Shown here piece by piece: positions 48,055-56,360 of a stretch of 64,000 bases of DNA. The notes under the pieces were generated by a model that saw only the letters and a program-made list of their open reading frames with translations, was not told the origin of the DNA and searched no databases. This stretch comes from Methylotenera sp. GTDB lineage: Bacteria; Pseudomonadota; Gammaproteobacteria; Burkholderiales; Methylophilaceae. The stretch's first letter is position 1. Each line of letters opens with the position of its first letter. The position numbers and the translations under genes are program-made. Location of the stretch: positions 16,300-80,299 of the forward strand of contig JACMNB010000022.1 in assembly GCA_014378845.1 (NCBI GenBank). Reading direction: 5' to 3'.

Positions 48055-48906
48055 ATGGATTTATTTAGCACTGTGCCAATATTACTAATATTTGCAGTGA
48101 TTGTTGCTTTTGTAAAAGGTGTGCGCATTGTGCCGCAAGGCGAGGAGTGGGTGGTGGAGCGCTTGGGGAAATTTGCTGGGGTGCTTGCGCCAGGGCTGCA
48201 CATTATCAACCCTATTTTTAGCCGCGTCAGCTATAAAGTTACTACAAAAGATATTATTTTAGAAGTGCCCGAACAAGAGGTGATTACCCGCGATAACGCG
48301 GTGATTTTGGCCAATGCAATTGCGTTTATTAAGGTGAGCAATATTGAGCGAGCGGTTTATGGTATTGAAAATTTTCGTGAAGCTATGCGCAATATGGTGC
48401 AAACCAGCTTGCGCTCTATCATTGGTGGCATGGATTTAAACCAAGCATTGACATCACGCGACCGCATTAAGGCCGAGCTTAAAACGCATATTGCCGATGA
48501 AGCACTGGATTGGGGTTTAACTGTAAAAAGTGTTGAAATTCAAGACATTAAACCATCCAGCAACATGCAAGATGCGATGGAGCGCCAAGCGGCAGCCGAG
48601 CGTGAACGCGTGGCCGTAGTCACCGAGGCCGAAGGTGCAAAACAATCGTTAATTTTAAACGCAGAGGCAAGATTAGAGGCAGCGCGCAAAGATGCTGAAG
48701 CACAAATGATTGCCGCAAAAGCATCGGCAGAATCAATTAAATTTATCACCGAAGCAGTCAAAGAAAACAACGCATCCGCCATGTTTTTATTGGGCGACCG
48801 TTATATTACTGCGCTACAAAAAATATCGGCTTCAGAAAACAGTAAAATTGTGATGATGCCCGGCGATTTAGTGGGCGCGGTGAAAAGTTTGGTGGGCGGA
48901 AAATAA
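48055..48906 (+). CDS. SPFH/band-7 (stomatin-like) protein
   Basis: 283 aa with an N-terminal TM, VRIVPQGEEWVVERLGKF, ITRDNAVILANA and an Ala/Glu-rich coiled coil. Confidence 0.9.
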   Translation: MDLFSTVPILLIFAVIVAFVKGVRIVPQGEEWVVERLGKFAGVLAPGLHIINPIFSRVSYKVTTKDIILEVPEQEVITRDNAVILANAIAFIKVSNIERAVYGIENFREAMRNMVQTSLRSIIGGMDLNQALTSRDRIKAELKTHIADEALDWGLTVKSVEIQDIKPSSNMQDAMERQAAAERERVAVVTEAEGAKQSLILNAEARLEAARKDAEAQMIAAKASAESIKFITEAVKENNASAMFLLGDRYITALQKISASENSKIVMMPGDLVGAVKSLVGGK

Positions 48907-48912
48907 TTTTTG

Positions 48913-48968
48913 TTGGAGCGCAATTTATTGCGCGAAAAAAACTTTCGCGATTTAAAAATCGCTCCTAC
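48913..48968. repeat. REP-like double-hairpin element between the convergent SPFH gene and moeB
   Basis: ggagcgcaa-ttta-ttgcgcg ... cgcgattt-aa-aaatcgctcc. The outer ggagcg/cgctcc are inverted. It overlaps the last codons of moeB (..CRSDF*). Confidence 0.7.
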
Positions 48969-49704
48969 ACACCGCGCAAGCTGGGTCGCGCGCCAATTTA
49001 ATAGTCCGCCACTCCATGCTCAAGGCATCCAAAAGCAACAAACGGCCTTGTAAACTCTCACCAATATGCATGATTAACTTCAAAGCTTCGGCCGCCTGTG
49101 CGGTGCCTATCATGCCCACCAGCGGCGCAAATACGCCATTGGTGGCACAGCGCAAATCTGCCTCTTCCCCATTATCAGGAAACAGGCAATGGTAACAAGG
49201 GCTGTTTTCATGCCGAAAATCAAACACGCTAATTTGCCCCTCAAACCCAATAGCCGCGCCAGACACTAGTGGTTTTTTAAGCTGCAAGCACACGCGGTTT
49301 AAGGAGTAGCGCGTAGCAAAATTATCACTGCAATCAATCACCACATCGACTTTTTCAACCAAAGTTATAAACTCGGCTTCGGAGGATTTTTGTTGGATAG
49401 TTTCAACGATAATTTCTGGGTTAATTTCATAAATGGTTTGCTGCGCAGAAACGGCTTTATTAATACCAACCGATTGCGTGGTGTGAATAATTTGCCGCTG
49501 CAAATTGGTTAAATCCACATTGTCAAAATCACAAATCGTCAGCTTACCTACGCCAGAAGCCGCCAAATATAAGGCTACGGGCGAACCCAACCCACCCGCA
49601 CCAACAATCAAAGCATGGCTTTTGGTGAGTTTTTCTTGGCCTTCGTAACCAATCTTAGGCAATAAAATATGACGGCTATAACGTAAAAGTTGGTTGTCGT
49701 TCAT
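48952..49704 (-). CDS. moeB: molybdopterin-synthase adenylyltransferase (MoeB/ThiF family)
   Basis: Start moved to MNDNQLLRYSRHILL (ATG 49704), which removes the overlap with the pilin-like gene. GAGGLGSP nucleotide loop, DNVDLTNLQRQ, and CxxC pairs (CYHC, CAVC). Confidence 0.85.
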   Translation of the reverse strand: MNDNQLLRYSRHILLPKIGYEGQEKLTKSHALIVGAGGLGSPVALYLAASGVGKLTICDFDNVDLTNLQRQIIHTTQSVGINKAVSAQQTIYEINPEIIVETIQQKSSEAEFITLVEKVDVVIDCSDNFATRYSLNRVCLQLKKPLVSGAAIGFEGQISVFDFRHENSPCYHCLFPDNGEEADLRCATNGVFAPLVGMIGTAQAAEALKLIMHIGESLQGRLLLLDALSMEWRTIKLARDPACAVCRSDF

Positions 49705-49712
49705 TGCAAAAG

Positions 49713-50519
49713 TTAGTGAAGTTGCCCAGCTTGAATCATTGCGTTGTACAACACGTAAGGTGAAATCCAAGTGACTAGATGGTCAAATTCGTTTGGTGCG
49801 GCTGCTGTTGAAATGTCTCGACTCACAAAAACAGTATCTGTATCTAAATTTTCGGTTTCATCTGGACGCACTATTGCTGGCAGCGTATTCGCTTCTAATG
49901 CTTCCGTTTGACCAGTTGAGAAAATCACTGCAACCGCGTTATTAACGAGGTAGTTATTTTCACCGCTGATGGGCGGTGCTGAACAAGTGGTAGAAAACGT
50001 ACTAGAACTAGCACAAACGCGTAAATTAGCGGATTGACTTAAGTTAGCGATACCAGCATTATTAACCCCATTCGAAGTGGTAAATACAGGATTAAGTGTA
50101 GCTACTCCAGTTGTAATATTGACATCACTCTGAGTTACTGCATATCGAATAGGATTATTCCACGCATCTATCGCAAAGCCTTGTGCGTTAACTGGCTGTA
50201 AACCCAAAGTAGTGGCTGGTAAAAATCCAACTTGCTGTGTGCACGGTCCGCTTGCATTGGGCGCGGCTACGCCGCTACCAGCGAGTGCTGGGCAAGGCAG
50301 CCTGCCATTAGCTTGCGCAAACCCTAACAAAGCTTGCTTAGCTAACTCAAGGGTATTCTGAGTTTGTATTTGCGCGGCTTGGTCACGCTGCGCACGCAAG
50401 GGCAACAACAGCGCACCTAGCACGAAGCCTAAAATAACTAACACGATTGCCAGCTCTACCAAGCTAAAGCCTTGCTGTTTAATGTAAGATTTTAATTTCA
50501 TGGAGTTACTATATATCAT
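49713..50519 (-). CDS. atypical large type IV pilin/pseudopilin-like protein
   Basis: 268 aa. Prepilin signal ...KQQG|FSLVELAIVLVILGFVLG (G-1, F+1, E+5). Alternative start at the ATG at 50501. Shares an AKQAL...LPCP motif with the next gene. Confidence 0.78.
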   Translation of the reverse strand: MIYSNSMKLKSYIKQQGFSLVELAIVLVILGFVLGALLLPLRAQRDQAAQIQTQNTLELAKQALLGFAQANGRLPCPALAGSGVAAPNASGPCTQQVGFLPATTLGLQPVNAQGFAIDAWNNPIRYAVTQSDVNITTGVATLNPVFTTSNGVNNAGIANLSQSANLRVCASSSTFSTTCSAPPISGENNYLVNNAVAVIFSTGQTEALEANTLPAIVRPDETENLDTDTVFVSRDISTAAAPNEFDHLVTWISPYVLYNAMIQAGQLH

Positions 50520-52237
50520 GGTGAAACTATAAAGGTTTGATCGTTGTAATTGCTAGTTTTTTGTTGCGTTGTTGCACCAAATATATTATCGCCATTTGTA
50601 TTTTCTACACTGTCCAAATAATCACTTAAACTAGGACTTAGGTTTACAGGCGGCCTACCTTGCGGCCCTGTAGATGCCACATAAGGTGCAACTGGAATAT
50701 ATTTGCTTGCATATGGTGGGGATGTAATAGCCTGACCAACACCAATTAATATTGCGTTGACCCCTGTTTTTCCACCAACTTGCAAGCTGGGAGTTGATGA
50801 CCATTCATAGTAAAAATAATCTTGCCATAGGTTACTTGTAAACCAACTAGGCACATCTAAACCTATCGCAAACTGTCCTGCATCATCGCATGTAATCTGC
50901 TTACCTACTGGGCTAGCACAACCACTGACTACTAGCTTTCTTAAATTGGCGTAACCAGGCACCGTGTAGGTAAAACTATTGCTACCACTAAGGTTATGGC
51001 TACAATTACCAGCACTATCGCAGGTAAAGTTCTCCGCCCCATTACTGCAACTGCCTTTACCAACACAATTACAGTTTGCAGAGTATCTAGTGCATGCTTC
51101 AGTGCGAGATGTCCATGTGCCAGAACCTCGGGTAAAAGTCACTTGCGTTATCGCGTCAAAACTACAGCTGCAACTTAGTTGTGATGCGCATGTGCATATA
51201 TCTGTTCCATCGACTGGAACTAACCCACTTTGCATTACACCGCTTGATACATGATTTGCTAATACCGCACCTAGTGGTGCAGCGTAAGGATAGTGTCCAG
51301 CTTTAGCCTTATATTGGTTTAAAACCGAACTTGCCTCGTATGCCGCGCGACGCCCTACGGCATCCATCAACTCGTCTATAGTAATATAAACCAATTTATC
51401 GTTGAAGTTATAAGGATGCACAAATCTTGTGTCATCACTTTTTACCGTAGAGCCATCTTGACCGATTACAAATGCTTGGTTGGGTTGCGTATAAATTGCA
51501 TTGCTGAAAATTGTTCCGCTCATCACAAAGGTATCAAGGTATTGCCCTATGTTTGGCGCTACACCCGTTCTATTTTGCCCACCCAGTGCGTTTCCTGGCG
51601 CAAATATCACCGCCGCTACTTTGTCTGATACTAAAGTGCCATTAGCATCTACCACCCTAAGCCAAGGATAACTTTTTACATCAACTTTAATATCCGGATA
51701 ATTATTGTAGTTGGGGTTTAATAAAGGATATTTAGTGATATCAGGATTGATAACTGGCTCTCTGGATATTACTGCAGTCGCATCTTCATAAAAGTTTTCA
51801 TATTTATGTGTCAAGTTTCTTGAAACAGCGTAGAACAAACGATTGCCTTGGGCATCCTTAAAGTTTTCGGCTAAACCAACTTGCGGGGAAATACATGGAT
51901 TTGTTTGCCCAAATATCGGCAGCTGTCCAATTAAAAATGAATATACAAACGTTGATACAGGTGAATTACAATCGCTGTTACCATCATAATTTCCATCCAA
52001 ATTTCGGTCAGGAAATGGTAATTGGCCTGGATGTAGGCTATTACTAACCGACCATGCAACTAGAGCTTGCTTTGCCTCATTAAGAGTTTGCATAGTTTTT
52101 TTATCTTGCACTAGCCTTAATCGTTGCGGGTCTAGTGCGTGCAACAAATAGGCAATTACAGCTAGACCGATAATAAAAGCCATTAAAATGAGTGCTGCAC
52201 CTTTTTGCTTTTGAAGTGGTTTAGTTGGTTTTTGCAT
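50516..52237 (-). CDS. large PilX/GspK-like minor-pilin-type protein with Cys-rich C-terminal region
   Basis: 573 aa. N-terminus QKQKGAALILMAFIIGLAVIAYLL is pilin-like but lacks Glu+5, as in PilX_N/GspK. About 14 Cys fall within roughly 110 aa (CTCASQLSCSCSF...CNCVGKGSCSNG...). Confidence 0.65.
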   Translation of the reverse strand: MQKPTKPLQKQKGAALILMAFIIGLAVIAYLLHALDPQRLRLVQDKKTMQTLNEAKQALVAWSVSNSLHPGQLPFPDRNLDGNYDGNSDCNSPVSTFVYSFLIGQLPIFGQTNPCISPQVGLAENFKDAQGNRLFYAVSRNLTHKYENFYEDATAVISREPVINPDITKYPLLNPNYNNYPDIKVDVKSYPWLRVVDANGTLVSDKVAAVIFAPGNALGGQNRTGVAPNIGQYLDTFVMSGTIFSNAIYTQPNQAFVIGQDGSTVKSDDTRFVHPYNFNDKLVYITIDELMDAVGRRAAYEASSVLNQYKAKAGHYPYAAPLGAVLANHVSSGVMQSGLVPVDGTDICTCASQLSCSCSFDAITQVTFTRGSGTWTSRTEACTRYSANCNCVGKGSCSNGAENFTCDSAGNCSHNLSGSNSFTYTVPGYANLRKLVVSGCASPVGKQITCDDAGQFAIGLDVPSWFTSNLWQDYFYYEWSSTPSLQVGGKTGVNAILIGVGQAITSPPYASKYIPVAPYVASTGPQGRPPVNLSPSLSDYLDSVENTNGDNIFGATTQQKTSNYNDQTFIVSP

Positions 52238-52278
52238 AAGGCTTATGTTTTAAGCTTCATTAACTATCTGCTATTAAA

Positions 52279-52806
52279 TTACAAACCGCTGTCGTCAATC
52301 GTTCCATCGATTTTGCCACCTAAATTACCATTATCACCTTGTGCGCCGTGGTTACGCGCTTCTTGCACACGATTGCTTTCGGGGTCGTACACTTGGCCAG
52401 CTTTTAGGTTTAGGCGTTTGCCATTGGCGGATAATTTAATCGGCACGCGGTTGCTGCCTTCGCTTAGCTTGCCTACTGTGACCTCTTTATTGCGCGAGTT
52501 TTCGGTCATGGCTTGGTTATTTACCCACACCGTGCTTTGTTTTCCATCGTTACGTTTTACATAACCTTGCAAATTGACGGCATCGGGTAGCGCCACAATT
52601 GGCGGCGGCGCGATTTCTGCTTCTTGCGTTGGCGCTTCAACTTTTAACGGTTCATTTTTTTTAGTTTGGCGTAAATAATCTAAATTGCTGCGCTCCATCG
52701 GCGATGTAAATAACCGGCCAATCGGCTCGGCGGCAATAACAACATTAATACTCATCAGTATCAATGCCATTAACTGTATCGTTTTAAGTTGCAATATTTT
52801 AGTCAT
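52279..52806 (-). CDS. periplasmic protein, PilP/MshK/GspC-HR-like by position and architecture only
   Basis: 175 aa: signal peptide, Pro-rich linker, then a small beta-rich domain (LQGYVKRNDGKQSTVWVNNQ...VTVGKL...IKLSANGKRLNLKAGQ). Confidence 0.45.
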   Translation of the reverse strand: MTKILQLKTIQLMALILMSINVVIAAEPIGRLFTSPMERSNLDYLRQTKKNEPLKVEAPTQEAEIAPPPIVALPDAVNLQGYVKRNDGKQSTVWVNNQAMTENSRNKEVTVGKLSEGSNRVPIKLSANGKRLNLKAGQVYDPESNRVQEARNHGAQGDNGNLGGKIDGTIDDSGL

Positions 52807-52824
52807 TTTTTCACCTCACCTTTT

Positions 52825-52856
52825 ACCTCTACCCTAGTCCTGCCCCTTTCATGGGG
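52825..52856. repeat. third copy of the ccccNNNNgggg-ctagggt REP family
   Basis: The reverse complement ccccatgaaaggggcaggactagggtagaggt resembles cccctttt-aagggggagggctagggtgggggt at 29501-29534. Confidence 0.6.
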
Positions 52857-52866
52857 ATGGAATTGG

Positions 52867-53499
52867 TTATAAAGCCCCCGCTGTAGCTGCGCCTGCCAAT
52901 TGTGGATCGCGCAAGGTTAGCCAATCAATCTCACAATTGGCTTGCATATTGGCGGCAATAGTTTTGATATTAACGCTAGCGCTGATGGGGCGTTTAATTT
53001 CGCAGTCGCGCACCAAATAGGGGGTGGTTTGCGCTTGCAAGCCCTCTAGCAAATTCAATAAATCACCTTCGTGCAACATATCTAGCTTTAAACTCATGAC
53101 CGAGCGGTGCAAGACAAAATTGCCTAAGTTAGGCAAAAAGCTAGGTTTATAGTTTTCTTGCAGGCCAATACTATAATCGATGCTAAACAATTTGTGCTGC
53201 GCGTGAATTTGGCGCAAGGTTTCTATCCATTCAATGCGGTGCTCTTCGCCAATAAAGCCGCTGGCTAGCAGCTGGTTATACACGGGTAAATATTGAATAA
53301 TCGTGTCTTTTTCTAAGCCAGAAGATCGATATTTTTGGCGTGCAAGGTTGAGGCTATTTTGCTGCGTTTGCAAAGCTAATTCGTTTTTTTTGCGATAATC
53401 ATCTGCAAAGCTTACTAACACGCCCACTAATATTAAAGCGGCGCCCAGCCCAATAATGGGTAAGCGCAGTTTGCGCCAATCTTGCGGACTTAAACTCAT
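52867..53499 (-). CDS. bitopic membrane protein, PilO/GspM/MshJ-like by architecture only
   Basis: 210 aa: short cytoplasmic N-terminus, one TM (LPIIGLGAALILVGVLVSF), a coiled coil, then an alpha/beta-like periplasmic domain. Overlaps the upstream gene by 4 nt. Confidence 0.5.
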   Translation of the reverse strand: MSLSPQDWRKLRLPIIGLGAALILVGVLVSFADDYRKKNELALQTQQNSLNLARQKYRSSGLEKDTIIQYLPVYNQLLASGFIGEEHRIEWIETLRQIHAQHKLFSIDYSIGLQENYKPSFLPNLGNFVLHRSVMSLKLDMLHEGDLLNLLEGLQAQTTPYLVRDCEIKRPISASVNIKTIAANMQANCEIDWLTLRDPQLAGAATAGAL

Positions 53500-55109
53500 G
53501 ACCCAGTCCCCAATTTATTGGCAACATCGCTTGTTGGTTTTAAGATGATTTTTAGTTTAAATATTGCTGGCGGCCGCTCGGTACTTGCGTTTTCATCGGT
53601 GGTGCTGCCTTGCAGATTAGCCAGCGAACTCACATTAACTGGCTCATGCAAAATCATCACTTGATCGACCAAGTCGTTTTGGCGCAAGTGCGTTACAAAG
53701 TTGTTGACACTATTTAAAGCCGCACGATAATCGCCAGTGAAGCCTTTAATCTCGGCATTAATAAAGCCAATTTGCAATAATTTTGTGGCGTCATTCACTG
53801 TAGGCGTGGCGGCTGGCTGGGCATTGCCAGCAATACCGCCTTCTTCATCTTTTAGTTCTTTGTCGCTATTTAGCGTCCAGCGCATTCGGCTAAGGGCAAT
53901 TTCGGGTGATGCCTCAAATGCGCCGCTTAACACTTGCATGAGTTGGCGCGGCGATTGATTGTTGGCTTGAATAATATGCGCCAAATCGGCTGCCACTTTA
54001 AGCTCGCTACTGGCAATTGGCGTGCTGGGAAAATCTTTGGCAACTGCTTCATATTGTTGTTGTTGTTGATTTGTTTGCGCTGCTATTTGCTGTAACTGAT
54101 CTTTTTGCTGCTTACCCTGCCACGCATAAAAAGTAGCTAACAGCACCCCAATAGTCGCCAAACTGGCTGTTGCAATGTTAATTTTACGGCGCACATTATT
54201 TAAGCCGTGAATTTTACTAAACGAGGCAGGCGCAAGACTATCGGGCACATTGCCATTGGCCAACATTTGCATGTGCAAAAATTCTGGGTGTTTTTTGACC
54301 AAATCGGTGGCAATGTTTGAATTTTTTGCATACGCCAACATATCGACTACTTTGCACTCTAGGCCTTGTTCTTGGCTAATACTTTTGGCGATTTCGTGAT
54401 TAGAGTTATCAATGGCAGGCAGCACCAATTGCAGCGCGGTTTCGTTGGCAATTAAGCGCTGACTAGTTAAATATAGCCGCGTTTTATCAATTTCTACTAA
54501 ATAAAAATAGGCCAATTGATTCGGTTTTACGTCTTGCATCGGCACTAGTCGGCTCATACGCAAACGGCCGTTATGCAAATACGTTTGGCGCAGGCCAGAT
54601 GATAAACGCTCGCACAGTAAAATATGCGGCGCCATCAGTTTCATTTGGCGCACCGCCACTTGGCTTATCATTGGCAACATATAAACGCCAACAAGCGGCG
54701 CTTGATTGGCCTGAATGGCGTCAATCCAACCTTGTAAAAAATCGGCATTGTTAAGCGAAACAAACAAAAAGTTATCGTCTTTGCGCTTATCGGTTGCGCG
54801 ATTAATAAAGTGCGCTGCGCGGTATACACTGTTGCGATTAAACTGATTAAGTTTACGCTCGATGATTTCGCGCCGCGCCGCGCCGCTGGTGTGCGGCAAG
54901 CTTTCTACTTTGTAATCTTCTTCAATCGCATCCACAATTAGGTAGATGTTGGTATTGGCAAACTGGCTTATATATTGGCTAAAGGCGGTGTGGTCATCAT
55001 CGGTATTCCTAAAAACGGCGTAGGTTTGTAATTTGGTGCCATGCCAAAGCCCAGCAATCAAGCTTTGATTGGTAGCGCAACAAATTAGTTTTTTTGTATT
55101 TTCAAACAT
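53496..55109 (-). CDS. PilM-PilN / GspL / MshI-like assembly protein (cytoplasmic domain + TM + periplasmic domain), architecture-based
   Basis: 537 aa: cytoplasmic region of about 310 aa, one TM (INIATASLATIGVLLATFYAW), a Gln-rich coiled coil, then a periplasmic domain. Confidence 0.5.
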   Translation of the reverse strand: MFENTKKLICCATNQSLIAGLWHGTKLQTYAVFRNTDDDHTAFSQYISQFANTNIYLIVDAIEEDYKVESLPHTSGAARREIIERKLNQFNRNSVYRAAHFINRATDKRKDDNFLFVSLNNADFLQGWIDAIQANQAPLVGVYMLPMISQVAVRQMKLMAPHILLCERLSSGLRQTYLHNGRLRMSRLVPMQDVKPNQLAYFYLVEIDKTRLYLTSQRLIANETALQLVLPAIDNSNHEIAKSISQEQGLECKVVDMLAYAKNSNIATDLVKKHPEFLHMQMLANGNVPDSLAPASFSKIHGLNNVRRKINIATASLATIGVLLATFYAWQGKQQKDQLQQIAAQTNQQQQQYEAVAKDFPSTPIASSELKVAADLAHIIQANNQSPRQLMQVLSGAFEASPEIALSRMRWTLNSDKELKDEEGGIAGNAQPAATPTVNDATKLLQIGFINAEIKGFTGDYRAALNSVNNFVTHLRQNDLVDQVMILHEPVNVSSLANLQGSTTDENASTERPPAIFKLKIILKPTSDVANKLGTGS

Positions 55110-55122
55110 ATAGGGTCAGAGT

Positions 55123-56331
55123 TTAGTAAATTTTCATTTTGCCAAATGAGTCGTAAATGGGTAGCAACACCGATGCCATAATAAACAATAATACCAAACC
55201 CAAAATAATCGTCAGTGCTGGCTCTATTAATTTAAGCATTTTTTGCATCAAATCGCTTACATCTCTATCATAAAAATAGCTGACATTGAGCAGTGATTTA
55301 TCTAGCGAACCCGTTGTTTCGCCCACCTTAATCATACGCACCACCAATGATGGAAACAAGCCTGTATTATGAAAACTATCACTCATGGTGTCCCCCGCAT
55401 TAATTTGGGTATGCACGCGGCTAAGCGCATCGGCGATGACGCTATTGCCTACAATGTTTTCGCAAGTTTTAATGGCACTCAGTACGGGAATGCCCGTTTG
55501 GTACATTAGCGCAAAATACCGCGCGAAGCGCGCCATAATAATTTTTTGCAAAATTTCGCCAGTAATTGGCAACTTTAATTTAAGGTAATCAAATTGATAT
55601 TGCGCCGGGGTATTGTGCTTAATATAGGCCATAAAACCCAGCACCAGCACAACGGGTATACTAATAAACAACCACCAATAATGCACGAAAGCGTTGGATA
55701 AAAAAATCAGCAGCTTGGTGTTCCAAGGCAGCTCTTGGCCTAGGCTAGTAATAAATTTAACCATCTCAGGCACTAAAAACACCATTAAAACGCCCACTGC
55801 AACTGACACCACCACCAATACAATTAGCGGATACATCAATAAGCGTTTGGTTTGCGCGATTAGCTCTTCTTGCCACTTTAAGGTGTTAGAAAGATTGTCA
55901 AAAACTACTGGTAATTGGCCAGTTTGCTCACCCGCCGCTACTAAACTCACAAACACCTCATCAAATACATCTGGGTGTTCTGCCAAGGCTTGACTGAGCA
56001 TTTTTCCGCCTTCTACCTCGCCCGCCACCGCGCCTAATACTTTTTGAAAATACGGGCTTGCGGTACTTTCGCGCAAATCATTCAGGCCTTCCAACATCGG
56101 AACGCCAGCGCGGCTTAGCTGTTCTAACTGAAAGCAAAACATGACTAAATCGCGGTTGCTAACCTTGTTTGGCGAGAATAATTGCTTGGATTTTTCAGTC
56201 GATTTAAAGGTAATTAAATCTAAACCCATGCGTTCTAGACGAATCTCCAAATCCACCGCATTAAGCGCATCCATTTGGCCTTGCGCGTGGCGGCCAGTTT
56301 GGTCAATTGCCTTATAGTTAAAGGTAGCCAT
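55123..56331 (-). CDS. type II secretion / type IV pilus platform protein (GspF/PilC/MshG family)
   Basis: 402 aa with two T2SSF repeats (FCFQLEQLSRAGVPMLEGL..., FARYFALMYQTGIPVLSAI...) and three TM segments. Confidence 0.9.
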   Translation of the reverse strand: MATFNYKAIDQTGRHAQGQMDALNAVDLEIRLERMGLDLITFKSTEKSKQLFSPNKVSNRDLVMFCFQLEQLSRAGVPMLEGLNDLRESTASPYFQKVLGAVAGEVEGGKMLSQALAEHPDVFDEVFVSLVAAGEQTGQLPVVFDNLSNTLKWQEELIAQTKRLLMYPLIVLVVVSVAVGVLMVFLVPEMVKFITSLGQELPWNTKLLIFLSNAFVHYWWLFISIPVVLVLGFMAYIKHNTPAQYQFDYLKLKLPITGEILQKIIMARFARYFALMYQTGIPVLSAIKTCENIVGNSVIADALSRVHTQINAGDTMSDSFHNTGLFPSLVVRMIKVGETTGSLDKSLLNVSYFYDRDVSDLMQKMLKLIEPALTIILGLVLLFIMASVLLPIYDSFGKMKIY

Positions 56332-56360
56332 GGCGGTTTAGTTAGCCTAAAGCAAACTGG

